Assembly (NCBI GenBank): GCA_963719225.1
Contig: CAVRAY010000002.1
Span: 1 to 64,000, forward strand
DNA from: Thermoanaerobaculia bacterium
Lineage (GTDB): Bacteria; Acidobacteriota; Thermoanaerobaculia; UBA5066
DNA: 64,000 bases
Reading direction: 5' to 3'
Within the stretch, counting starts at the first letter, position 1; each line of letters begins with the position of its first letter. Below the pieces are notes generated by a model. It saw only the letters and a program-made list of their open reading frames with translations. It was not told the DNA's origin and searched no databases. The translations under genes and the position numbers were made by a program. Below are positions 43,372 to 52,558 of the stretch, piece by piece.

Positions 43372-44177
43372 CGCCGACGCGCGAGATCCCCGCGCTCGGG
43401 ACCCAGCCCGCCCCCGCCCGGACGGAATCGACGCGCGGCATCGACCTGTCGATCGTCATCCCCGCATTCAACGAGGAGGAGCGGCTGCCTGCCTCTCTCG
43501 GGGCGGTTTCGGCCTATCTCGCCGCCAGGCCCTCGGCTCCCCGTGTCGAGGTGCTCGTCGTGGACGACGGCTCGTCCGATGCGACGGCCTCGCGCGCCGA
43601 GGACGCGGGCCGCCGCCACGGCCTCGACCTGCGCGTCCTGCGCCTGCCGAAGAACCGCGGCAAGGGCTTCGCGGTCCGCACCGGCTGCCTCGAGGCCGCG
43701 GGCCGCCTCATCCTCGTGTCGGACGCGGACTTTTCGACGCCCATCTACGAGTGGGAGAAGCTCGCGTCGGCCAAAGCGCCGGTCGCGATCGGCTCGCGCG
43801 CCGTGGACGAATCCCTCGTGAAGGAGCGCCAGTCGATCGGCCGGATCGCCATGGGCAAGCTCTTCAACAGGATCGTGCGTCTGCTGCTCGTGCCCGGCAT
43901 CCACGACACGCAGTGCGGCTTCAAGCTCTTTTCGCGCGACGCGGCCCGCGAGATCTTTTCGCGGGCGAAAGTGGATCGCTTCGCTTACGACGTCGAGGCG
44001 CTCGCCCTTTCCCGCGGCCTCGGTTACACGATTGCGGAGGTCCCCGTCCTCTGGTTCAACTCTCCGGACTCGCGCGTGACGCTTTTCGGCGGCGCACAGG
44101 CGTACATGGAGCTCTTTCGCATCCGGCTGCGGCTGCGCGCCGGCATTCCTCCGGGTGCGGAGAGCCAGGGGCAATAG
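43368..44177 (+). CDS. GT2 dolichyl-phosphate glucosyltransferase-like enzyme
   Basis: IVIPAFNEE, VDDGSSD, SDADFS, DTQCGFKLF. Confidence 0.9.
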   Translation: MTPTREIPALGTQPAPARTESTRGIDLSIVIPAFNEEERLPASLGAVSAYLAARPSAPRVEVLVVDDGSSDATASRAEDAGRRHGLDLRVLRLPKNRGKGFAVRTGCLEAAGRLILVSDADFSTPIYEWEKLASAKAPVAIGSRAVDESLVKERQSIGRIAMGKLFNRIVRLLLVPGIHDTQCGFKLFSRDAAREIFSRAKVDRFAYDVEALALSRGLGYTIAEVPVLWFNSPDSRVTLFGGAQAYMELFRIRLRLRAGIPPGAESQGQ

Positions 44178-44203
44178 ACCATGGTCAATGACCATGGTAC
44201 GAT
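44175..44203 (+). promoter_or_regulatory. Promoter with tandem palindromic operators for phd-vapC
   Basis: TAGACC-17nt-TACGAT; GACCATGGTC at 44177-44186 and GACCATGGTA at 44190-44199. Confidence 0.7.
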
Positions 44204-44209
44204 TCGGCC

Positions 44210-44461
44210 ATGTCCACTGAGCCCACCCTCGCCATCTCAAAATTCAAGGCCACCTGCCTCGCCGTTCTCGAGGACGTGCGGCGCACGGGCCGACCCGTCA
44301 CCGTGACGCGCTTCGGCAAGCCCGTGGCGCGCGTGGTGCCGCCGACGTCGACTCGTCCGAAGAAGCGCGTCCTCGGCGCCTACGCGGGCCAGGCCGAGAT
44401 CCTCGGCGACATCATCGGACCTGTTCTGCCTCCGGAGGCGTGGGAAGTTCTTCGAAAGTGA
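44210..44461 (+). CDS. Phd/YefM-family antitoxin
   Basis: ISKFKATCLAVLEDV...VTRFGKPVARVVP. Confidence 0.9.
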   Translation: MSTEPTLAISKFKATCLAVLEDVRRTGRPVTVTRFGKPVARVVPPTSTRPKKRVLGAYAGQAEILGDIIGPVLPPEAWEVLRK

Positions 44462-44853
44462 AGCTCCTCCTCGACACGCACATCTGGATCTGGACGCTTC
44501 TCTTTCCGAAGAAGGTGGGTGCGCGCATCGCACGTGAGCTCGTCTCGATGAGAAACGAGATCTGGCTTTCTCCCATTTCGATTTGGGAGGCGCTGCTTCT
44601 AGCCGCGAGCGGCCGCGTGAGATTCCGGCAAGATGCCTCCCGATTCCTCGAGACTGCCCTCGCCGAACAGAAGTATCACGAGGCCCCGCTGACGCACGAT
44701 GTCGCATTCGAGAGCCGCCGGCTGTCCCTTTCGACAGAAGACCCTGCCGACCGTTTCCTCGCTGCGACAGCACGGGTTTACGACCTCACCCTTGTCACCG
44801 CTGACGAGCGGCTGCTTGCTCTCCGCGAGATCAGAGTCCTGCCCAACCGATAG
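44458..44853 (+). CDS. vapC: VapC/PIN toxin
   Basis: LLLDTHIWIW, SPISIWE, DPADRFLAATA, LVTADERL. Confidence 0.92.
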   Translation: MKLLLDTHIWIWTLLFPKKVGARIARELVSMRNEIWLSPISIWEALLLAASGRVRFRQDASRFLETALAEQKYHEAPLTHDVAFESRRLSLSTEDPADRFLAATARVYDLTLVTADERLLALREIRVLPNR

Positions 44854-44858
44854 AGCGG

Positions 44859-46139
44859 CTAGTAGAGCGGGAACGCCGCCGTCAGCTCCTTGACCTTGCC
44901 CTTGACGCGCGCCCGGATGCCGGCGTCCTCCGGTGCGTCGAGGACTTCGCCGATCCAGCCGGCGATCGTCTTCATCTCGGCCGCGCCCATGCCGCGCGTC
45001 GTGACGGCCGGGGTTCCGATGCGCAGGCCCGACGTGACGAGAGGCGGATTCGGGTCGAAGGGAATGGTGTTCTTGTTCACGGTGATCCCGGCGGCGTCGA
45101 GAGCCTTCTCGCAGACCTTACCCGTGAGCCCCTTCTTGCCGACGTCGACGAGAAAGAGGTGGTTGTCGGTCCCGCCCGAGACGATCCGGAAGCCCTTCGC
45201 GGCCACGGCTTCCGAGAGAACGCGCGTGTTCTCGAGGACCTGCTTCTGGTACCTCGCGAAGTCCGGCTCCATCGCTTCCTTCAGCGCGACCGCCTTGGCC
45301 GCGATGACGTGCTCGAGCGGGCCTCCCTGCTGGCCCGGAAAAACGGCCCTGTCGACCTCCTTCGCCCACTCGGGCACGCAGAGGATGAGGCCCGCGCGCG
45401 GCCCGCGCAGAGTCTTGTGCGTCGTCGTCGTCACGAAGTGCGCGTGGCCGACGGGCGAAGGGTGCAGGCCCGTCGCCACGAGGCCCGCGATGTGCGCCAT
45501 GTCGACCATGAGGAGCGCGCCGACGGCATCGGCGATCTCGCGGAATTTCGGGAAGTCGAGCGTGCGCGGGTACGCCGAGGCGCCCGCCACGATGAGCTTC
45601 GGCTTCTCGCGCTCGGCGATGTCGCGAAGCTCGTCGAAGTCGATGACCTCCGTGTCCTTCCTGACGCCGTAGGCCACGACGCGGTAGAGCTTTCCGGAGA
45701 CGTTGAGGGGGTGTCCGTGCGTGAGATGGCCGCCGTGGGCGAGCGACATGCCGAGGAGCGTGTCGCCGGGTTTCAGGCAGGCCATGTAAACGGCCGTGTT
45801 CGCCTGGGCGCCGGCGTGCGGCTGGGCGTTCACGTGGACCGCGTCGGGATTGCCCGGAGAGAAAAGCGCCTTGGCGCGCGAGATGACGAGGGACTCGGAC
45901 TGGTCCACGAACTCGCAGCCGCCGTAATAGCGCCTTCCCGGATAGCCCTCGGCGTACTTGTTCGTGAGGACCGAGCCGACGGCCTCGAGGACGGCGCGCG
46001 ACGTGAAGTTCTCGGAGGCGATGAGCTCGATCCCTTCGCGCTGCCGATTGAGCTCCGCGGCGATGATGCCGGCGATCTCGGGATCGGTTTCGGCGAGAGA
46101 CCGGTTGATGAGCGTGGCGCGGCTGGCGGTCGTCGACAT
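44859..46139 (-). CDS. glyA: Serine hydroxymethyltransferase
   Basis: [35 protein letters not shown]. Confidence 0.97.
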   Translation of the reverse strand: MSTTASRATLINRSLAETDPEIAGIIAAELNRQREGIELIASENFTSRAVLEAVGSVLTNKYAEGYPGRRYYGGCEFVDQSESLVISRAKALFSPGNPDAVHVNAQPHAGAQANTAVYMACLKPGDTLLGMSLAHGGHLTHGHPLNVSGKLYRVVAYGVRKDTEVIDFDELRDIAEREKPKLIVAGASAYPRTLDFPKFREIADAVGALLMVDMAHIAGLVATGLHPSPVGHAHFVTTTTHKTLRGPRAGLILCVPEWAKEVDRAVFPGQQGGPLEHVIAAKAVALKEAMEPDFARYQKQVLENTRVLSEAVAAKGFRIVSGGTDNHLFLVDVGKKGLTGKVCEKALDAAGITVNKNTIPFDPNPPLVTSGLRIGTPAVTTRGMGAAEMKTIAGWIGEVLDAPEDAGIRARVKGKVKELTAAFPLY

Positions 46140-46186
46140 GGCTCCTCCAGAGCTCTGGATCGTATCGCGGCGGCGGGCCTCGCGCG

Positions 46187-47551
46187 TCAGGGACCTTCCG
46201 GTGCGTGACGCGGATAGGCCGACACCATCGAGTCGTACTCGGCGAGTGCGTAGCTGTCCGTCATCCCGGCCAGGTGGTCCGCGATCGCGCGCAGGAAGAG
46301 AGGCTTCTTCGTGTAGTTCGAGGCGATCTCCGCGTCGAGGCGCTTGAGCGGGATGTCGCGCAGGTACGGGACGCCCGCGAGGTCGCGGTAGCGCAGGAGC
46401 ACGTAGTCGGGCAGGAGGCGCGGGTTCTTGTACCAGGCCGAGAACAACGTCGTGACGACGAGCTGTGCCCGCCCGTCGTGCCGCGCGACGCGGTAGCTGT
46501 GGATGACGTTCTGGTAGATGAACTCCTTGAGCTCCTGGTAGAAGCGGTCGCCCGTTTTCGAAGGGGCGACGAGCGAAGCCGGAAGCTTGCGCCGCTGAGC
46601 GTAGAACTCGTCGGACGTCGCGATTTTCCTCGCCTCGAGCCACTTTCCGATCGAGGCGCGCGAGGCCGTGATGAGGTCCGTGACGAGGAGGTGGATCATG
46701 CCGCGGATGAGCATCGCCTGCCGCACCGTGTTGTCCTTCGTCGCCGTGTAGGCGGGGCCGAGCGCCTCCACGACCGCGCGCGACACGGAGAGCGCGAGCA
46801 CCTTGTCGAAGTCCACGAGCTTGAGGCCGTCCTCGAGGTCGTGCGCCTGCTGCGCGAACTCGTCGGCCCATCCCACGGCCTGGCACTCGAGGTGCCCGCC
46901 GGACGAGAGGTTCAGCCCCTCGGCATCGACGTCGGGAAACGGGAAGTCGCGGCGCCACGTCGTGTGCTTGAGGATGCCCTCGCGCGTGTCGTTCGTGAGG
47001 TTGAGGCCCGGGTGCTCGTAGCGCTTCTCGAGCACGTCGACGACGCGCACGGACTGGTAGTTGTGCTTGAACGCTCCCACGTGAGCGGCGACCTTCGGGT
47101 CGATCGGGATCGAAGGCTCGCCCCCGGTGAGGATGCGGTTCAGCACCTTTTCGCCCGAATGCCCGAACGGCGTGTGGCCGAGGTCGTGGCCGAGCGCGCA
47201 CGCCTCGGCGAGGTCTTCGTTCAGCGCGAGCGCCCGGGCCATCGTGCGCGCGATCTGGGTGACCTCGAGCGTGTGCGTGAGTCGCGTGCGGTAGTGATCG
47301 CCCTCGAACGGGATGAATACCTGCGTCTTGTGCTTGAGCCTTCGAAAGGAGCGCGAGTGGATGATGCGATCGCGGTCGCGCTGGTACTCCGTCCGGTAGT
47401 CGTACGCCTTCCCCTCCTCGGCGACCGGATACCGCCGCACGGCGCGCGAGGCACGCGAGGCGTAGATCGCGAGCCGCGCGTCTTCCTGGGCCTCGAGGTC
47501 CCTCTTCGTGAGCGTGGGAACGAGAGCCGCGACGGGAGGAGGAGCGGTCAC
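46187..47551 (-). CDS. dgt: dNTP triphosphohydrolase (dGTPase-like)
   Basis: [47 protein letters not shown]. Confidence 0.92.
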   Translation of the reverse strand: MTAPPPVAALVPTLTKRDLEAQEDARLAIYASRASRAVRRYPVAEEGKAYDYRTEYQRDRDRIIHSRSFRRLKHKTQVFIPFEGDHYRTRLTHTLEVTQIARTMARALALNEDLAEACALGHDLGHTPFGHSGEKVLNRILTGGEPSIPIDPKVAAHVGAFKHNYQSVRVVDVLEKRYEHPGLNLTNDTREGILKHTTWRRDFPFPDVDAEGLNLSSGGHLECQAVGWADEFAQQAHDLEDGLKLVDFDKVLALSVSRAVVEALGPAYTATKDNTVRQAMLIRGMIHLLVTDLITASRASIGKWLEARKIATSDEFYAQRRKLPASLVAPSKTGDRFYQELKEFIYQNVIHSYRVARHDGRAQLVVTTLFSAWYKNPRLLPDYVLLRYRDLAGVPYLRDIPLKRLDAEIASNYTKKPLFLRAIADHLAGMTDSYALAEYDSMVSAYPRHAPEGP

Positions 47552-48774
47552 GTTCTCGATCTTAGCCGCAGCACTTCGCCGACGAGATAGAGCGAACCCG
47601 CCACGAGAACCGGGCCGTCCCCGATCGTCTCCTCGAGCCGCAGGAGGCCTTCGGCCACGGATGAGGCGGTCTCGAGATCCGGACGCCCCAGACGCGCGCG
47701 CAGCGCCTCGGGCTTCTCGGCCCGTGGCGACTCGGGTGCTACGAGGACGATCCGCCGCGCGCGCGCGGCGAGCGGCGCGAAAACTCCGGGAAGATCCTTG
47801 TCCGCAAGGCCGCCGAAGAGAAGATCGATCCGGCCCGCCAGGCCCGTCGCGTCGAGATGTTCCGCGAGAGCGGAAGCTCCCGGCGGGTTGTGCGCGCCGT
47901 CGAGAAGGAGCGGCCTCGCTCCAGGGCATTCGAGCTTCTGCAGGCGCCCGGGCCACCGAACGGCGGCGAGGCCGCGCGCGACCGTCGCCTCGTCGAGCGG
48001 AACGATGGCGCGTGCGGCGGCGAGCGCGAGGGCGAGGTTCTGTCTCTGGTGCGCTCCGGGCAGCGAGAAGGGTACGTCCTCGGCCGGCGGGATCTCCAGG
48101 AGGCGTGCCCCGATCCGCCGCGCCTCGGCGTGAAGCGCCGCGCGCGGACCGCCGGCGGTGCCCGAAGCCCCGACGAGGACCGGCTGGCCCTTCCGGAAGA
48201 TCCCCGCCTTCTCGCGCGCGACGTCCTCGAGCGCGGGGCCGAGCACGTCGAGGTGGTCCGCCGCGACGTTCGTCACGATCGAGATCTCGGGGGAAAGGAC
48301 GTTCGTCGCATCGAGGCGTCCCCCGATCCCGACTTCCACGATCGCGACCGCGACACGTGCGCGCCGAAACAGCTCGAAGGCCGCGACCGTGAGGGCCTCG
48401 AAGTACGACGGTCCGCGGAGGCCGGGCGCCCCGACGGGGGAAACGAGCAGGAGGACTTCATCGAGCGCAGCGGTCGAGACGTCGCGGTCCCGGAGCCGCA
48501 CACGCTCCGTCACGGAGATGAGGTGCGGCGAGGTGTAGAGCCCGCAAGGGACGCCCGCGGCGGTGAGGATCGCGGAGATCGTCGCGGCGGTCGACCCCTT
48601 GCCGTTCGTCCCTCCGATGAGGATCGAAGAAAAGGAGGATTGGGGGTTTCCTAGAGAGGCCAGGAGGGCACGTGTCCGGCTCAGGCCCGGGCGAATTTTC
48701 TGCGGGCCCAAGGCCTCCAGCCACGCCAGACCGGAAACAGCGTCGAGCGCGCTCAAGCCACGTCCGCTATTCAC
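47548..48774 (-). CDS. folC: Folylpolyglutamate synthase/dihydrofolate synthase
   Basis: [34 protein letters not shown]. Confidence 0.95.
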   Translation of the reverse strand: MNSGRGLSALDAVSGLAWLEALGPQKIRPGLSRTRALLASLGNPQSSFSSILIGGTNGKGSTAATISAILTAAGVPCGLYTSPHLISVTERVRLRDRDVSTAALDEVLLLVSPVGAPGLRGPSYFEALTVAAFELFRRARVAVAIVEVGIGGRLDATNVLSPEISIVTNVAADHLDVLGPALEDVAREKAGIFRKGQPVLVGASGTAGGPRAALHAEARRIGARLLEIPPAEDVPFSLPGAHQRQNLALALAAARAIVPLDEATVARGLAAVRWPGRLQKLECPGARPLLLDGAHNPPGASALAEHLDATGLAGRIDLLFGGLADKDLPGVFAPLAARARRIVLVAPESPRAEKPEALRARLGRPDLETASSVAEGLLRLEETIGDGPVLVAGSLYLVGEVLRLRSRT

Positions 48775-48816
48775 CCTCTAGGAAAATCCGAAAACTGCGT
48801 TTCCCGGGCCGGACCA

Positions 48817-49665
48817 TCAACCGGTCTGGAGCAGCCGCAGCACGCGCGCGACCGTCGCGCGCATGTCGGCGCGCTGCACGACGATGTCCACGAAGCCGTG
48901 GTCCTGCAGGAACTCGGCCCGCTGGAAACCTTCCGGAAGCGTCTGGCGGATCGTCTGCTCGATGACGCGGGGACCCGCGAAGCCGATGAGCGACTTCGGC
49001 TCGGCGAGCGTGACGTCCCCGAGCATCGCAAAGGAGGCTGTGACGCCGCCCGTCGTCGGGTCCGTGAGGACCGCGACGTACGGCACGCGCGCGGCGCCGA
49101 GGCGCGCGAGCGCCGCCGAAACCTTTCCCATCTGCATCAGCGAGAGGATCCCCTCCTGCATGCGCGCTCCGCCCGACGCCGTCACGATCACGAGCGCGAC
49201 GCGCTCCGTGAGCGCCTGCTCGACCGCGCGCGTCAGGACCTCTCCCACGGCCGAGCCCATCGAGCCGCCCATGAAGGCATAATCGAGGATCGCGACGATC
49301 GCCGGAACGTCCTCGATCATGCCCTTTTCCGTGAGGATCGCGTCCGGCCGCCCCGTTTTCGCCTCGGACTCCTTCAGGCGGTCGCGATAGCGCTTGCTGT
49401 CCTTGAACTTGAGCGGATCGGTCGGCCGGACGTCGCCGAAGAGGGCCTGTCCGCCCGTGTCCCCCAGGAGGAGCCGCATGCGCTCGGCCGCCGGCATCCG
49501 GAAATGAAATCCGCACTTCGGGCACACGCGGAGGTTTCGCTCCACCTCCTTCACGTAGAGCGCCTCGCGGCACCCGTCGCATTTCAGGAACAGGCCCTCT
49601 CCCAGCGAAGAGCTCGTCTTCGGGTCGCGTGGAGCGCGCGGAATTTTGTCCTTTCGGAACCACAT
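48817..49665 (-). CDS. accD: Acetyl-CoA carboxylase carboxyltransferase beta subunit
   Basis: C4 zinc finger, GGSMG, SGGARMQEG, PTTGGV, GFAGPRVI. Confidence 0.97.
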   Translation of the reverse strand: MWFRKDKIPRAPRDPKTSSSLGEGLFLKCDGCREALYVKEVERNLRVCPKCGFHFRMPAAERMRLLLGDTGGQALFGDVRPTDPLKFKDSKRYRDRLKESEAKTGRPDAILTEKGMIEDVPAIVAILDYAFMGGSMGSAVGEVLTRAVEQALTERVALVIVTASGGARMQEGILSLMQMGKVSAALARLGAARVPYVAVLTDPTTGGVTASFAMLGDVTLAEPKSLIGFAGPRVIEQTIRQTLPEGFQRAEFLQDHGFVDIVVQRADMRATVARVLRLLQTG

Positions 49666-49683
49666 GGCCAGGAATCGGGGATC

Positions 49684-50469
49684 TTAGCGCGCCCGCGCGG
49701 GGCCGAGAGAAACGATCGGCCGTCCGCCCGCGCCGGGAGTGATGCACGCCTCGACTCCGAAGAGAGCCGACAGCAGCGGCTCGGTGAGCGTTTCGACGAG
49801 CGGGCCGGCCGCGAGGACGCGCCCTGAAGAAAGGAGCAGCGCGTCGTCGGCGCCCGACGAGGCGACGTCGAGCTCGTGCGTGGAGAAGAGGACCGTGCCC
49901 CCGCGTTCCGCATGGCGCCGCATCGCATCGATCACGAGGAATCGGTGGCGCGGATCGAGGTTCGCGGACGGCTCGTCGAGGAGCAGGACCTCGGGCTCGC
50001 CCGCCAGGACGCGCGCGAGAAGGACGCGCTGGCGCTCGCCGCCGCTCATCGCGCCCAGATCGGTCTCGGCGAGCGCGAGGGCGTCCATCGCGGCGAGCGA
50101 GGCCTCGACCGCCGTGTGGTCCCGTGCCGAAGGCGCGCCGAACGACGTCCGCCAGGGCGTTCGGCCCAGGAGGACGAGATCGCGCGCGCGAATCGGGAAA
50201 AGGGGCTCGTATCCCTGCGGAAGGTAGCCGAGCGCGCGCGCCGCCTCGCGGCGCGAAACGTCCGGGAGAGGGCGCCCGCCGAGACGGACGATTCCGCGCC
50301 GCGCGGGCAGGATCCCCGAGAGCGCCTTCAGGAGCGTCGACTTGCCCGCGCCGTTTTCGCCGAGGAGGGCCGTGACCCTTCCGGCCTCGAACGCCCACGT
50401 CACGTCCGCGAGGATGTCGAGGTTTCCGTATCCCGCGGCCAGCGCTTCCACGGCGAGCGGCGCACTCAC
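49684..50469 (-). CDS. Fe-siderophore/cobalamin ABC transporter ATPase
   Basis: GENGAGKS, MSGGERQR, LLLDEP. Confidence 0.9.
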   Translation of the reverse strand: MSAPLAVEALAAGYGNLDILADVTWAFEAGRVTALLGENGAGKSTLLKALSGILPARRGIVRLGGRPLPDVSRREAARALGYLPQGYEPLFPIRARDLVLLGRTPWRTSFGAPSARDHTAVEASLAAMDALALAETDLGAMSGGERQRVLLARVLAGEPEVLLLDEPSANLDPRHRFLVIDAMRRHAERGGTVLFSTHELDVASSGADDALLLSSGRVLAAGPLVETLTEPLLSALFGVEACITPGAGGRPIVSLGPARAR

Positions 50470-51479
50470 GGCCGCGCCCTCAGGAGGAGGAGAAATGCCG
50501 GAGCCCCCAGAAGGGCCGTGATGGCGCCCACGGAGATTTCCGCAGGAGCGAAGAGCGACCGCGCGGCGACGTCCGAAAGGACCAGGAGGAGCGCGCCCCC
50601 CAGGAAGGAGAGGAGAAGCAGCCCGCGGTGCGAGCGTGTGACGCGGCGCACCGCGTGCGGAACGAGAAGGCCTACGAACCCGATGATTCCCGCGTAGGCC
50701 ACGGCCGCCGCGGCGAGAAGCGATGCGGCCAGATACGCCGTCCGCTTGGCCGTCTCGACGCGAATTCCGAGAGTCGCGGCGGTCTCCTCGCCCAGGGTGA
50801 GAGCGTCGAAAGCGCGGGCGAGCGGCAGGAGAAGCGCGAGGCCGACGGCCGCGTAGACCGACAGCGCGAGGACCGCGCCCGGAGAGGCCCCCGCGAGCGA
50901 GCCGAGCATCCAGAAGACGAACGTCCGCGAGCGCGACGCGTCGCCGAAGGAGAGCAGGAACAGCAGGACTGCCGAGGCGAGCGCGTTCACGACGACGCCC
51001 GAAAGCAGGAGGCGCCCGCGATCCAGCCGGCCTCCCGAGGAGGCGCCGAGCCCCACGACGAGAACCGCCGCGAGGGCGCCGAGGAACGCGGCGAGCGGCA
51101 ACGCGAGGGAGCCGAGGACGCCGGAGTGCGCTCCCGCCGAGACGCCGAGACCGAGAAGGGATCCCACGAGCGTTCCGCAGGCGGCGCCGCCGGAGACGCC
51201 GAGGAGGTAAGGGTCCGCGAGCGGGTTTCCGAGGAGAGCCTGCAGGGCTGCGCCGGAAAGCGCGAGAGAGCCGCCCACGAGCACGGCGAGAAGCGCCCGC
51301 GGAAGCCGGAGGTCGCGCACGATGGAGATCGTCTGCGCGTCGCCTTCTCCGAGAAGCGCGTGGAGCACGGCGCCGGGCTCGAGCGGGACGCTTCCGAAAA
51401 GGAGGGACGCGCCCAGCGCTGCGGCGAGCACGCCGAGGAGAGCGATCCCCCAGACGAGCGCCGGACGGCGGGACGTCAC
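50466..51479 (-). CDS. FecCD/BtuC-family ABC permease
   Basis: LRLPR, NPLADPYLLGVSGGA, GIIGFVGLLVPH. Confidence 0.92.
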   Translation of the reverse strand: MTSRRPALVWGIALLGVLAAALGASLLFGSVPLEPGAVLHALLGEGDAQTISIVRDLRLPRALLAVLVGGSLALSGAALQALLGNPLADPYLLGVSGGAACGTLVGSLLGLGVSAGAHSGVLGSLALPLAAFLGALAAVLVVGLGASSGGRLDRGRLLLSGVVVNALASAVLLFLLSFGDASRSRTFVFWMLGSLAGASPGAVLALSVYAAVGLALLLPLARAFDALTLGEETAATLGIRVETAKRTAYLAASLLAAAAVAYAGIIGFVGLLVPHAVRRVTRSHRGLLLLSFLGGALLLVLSDVAARSLFAPAEISVGAITALLGAPAFLLLLRARP

Positions 51480-52309
51480 GGCACGTGGACCGCCGCGAGG
51501 CGCTCGAGCGCCTCGACGAGACGCGGGCCCGGCCGCTCCAGAAGGCTGCCGGGCAAAACCACGATACGGCCGGTGCTCACGGCCTTGACGAGTCGCCAGC
51601 GCCCATCCGAGAACGCGCGCGCGAACGCCTGCGCATTCTCGGGAGTCTCGGGGCGAATGACGAAGTCCGGATTCCACGCCGCGAGCGTCTCGAAGGAGAC
51701 GCGCGGCCATTCGCCGGCGGATTCCGGCACGACGTTCGTGAACCCCGCCCGCCGGACGACGTCGCCGACGAACGTGCCCGCGCCGGCCGCCACGGGCGGA
51801 TCGGGCCAGATGAGGACGAGCGCCCGCGCGCGCGGATGGGCGCGGCCGAGAGCCTCCGCGGCGGCGATGCGTCTCGTGAGGGACTGAACGAGAGCGGAGG
51901 CGCGCTCGTCCTCACCGAGCGCGTGCCCGACGCGGCTCAAGTCTTCGAGAACGCCGCCGAGCGTCGTTCCGCTCGTCACGACGACGGTCAGCCCCAGCGC
52001 TTCGAGCTTCTCGTACGCCGCGCGGTCGGTGCCGTCTCTCGAGACGACGACGAGGTCCGGAGCCAGAGCGACGACGCGCTCGAGATCCGGCGTGAATCCT
52101 CCGACGCGCGCTTTTCCTCTCGCCTCGGGAAGATCGTCCGCGAAATCGGGAACGCCCACGACGCGCGGCGCGGCCCCGAGCGCAAAGAGAATCTCGGCCG
52201 CGGAAGGCGCCAGCGCGACGACGCGAAGGGGATGGGCCGGGGGACGGGTCGGGACCGGAGAAGCGAGAAGCGCGAGCCCGAGAGGGAGAAGACCGAAGAC
52301 GCGGCTCAG
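51476..52309 (-). CDS. BtuF-like periplasmic binding protein
   Basis: RVVALAPSAAEILFALG, PDLERVVALAPDLV, RPGPRL; start uncertain. Confidence 0.85.
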   Translation of the reverse strand: MSRVFGLLPLGLALLASPVPTRPPAHPLRVVALAPSAAEILFALGAAPRVVGVPDFADDLPEARGKARVGGFTPDLERVVALAPDLVVVSRDGTDRAAYEKLEALGLTVVVTSGTTLGGVLEDLSRVGHALGEDERASALVQSLTRRIAAAEALGRAHPRARALVLIWPDPPVAAGAGTFVGDVVRRAGFTNVVPESAGEWPRVSFETLAAWNPDFVIRPETPENAQAFARAFSDGRWRLVKAVSTGRIVVLPGSLLERPGPRLVEALERLAAVHVP

Positions 52310-52527
52310 GGTTCCTCGGCTTCCTCGAGGTCGTTCGTGATTCCGAGCCTGAGGCATGCCGCGCCGTACATCTGGCGCGCGGCCTTTTGCGCGTTCTGGA
52401 GGTCCGCGAGCCGTTCCTTGACCTTCGCGAGCTCGGCCTGGATCTCCGACTCGAGCTGGTCGATCTCGACCTTCGTCACCTTGAGCGTGTTCTCGTAGAA
52501 CTTTCTCTGTTCGTCGGAAAGGCTCAT
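52306..52527 (-). CDS. Small coiled-coil hypothetical protein (73 aa)
   Basis: GAGGAG RBS; heptads EIDQLESEIQAELAKVKERLADLQ; coupled to the downstream gene. Confidence 0.75.
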   Translation of the reverse strand: MSLSDEQRKFYENTLKVTKVEIDQLESEIQAELAKVKERLADLQNAQKAARQMYGAACLRLGITNDLEEAEEP

Positions 52528-52558
52528 GCGTTCTCCTCGAAAATCCCTTTCGACGGGA

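Noticed and set aside
46187-47551. dGTPase as an anti-phage defence gene
   Set aside because: It sits in a housekeeping run (accD-folC-dgt-glyA), overlapping folC, with no defence-island context.
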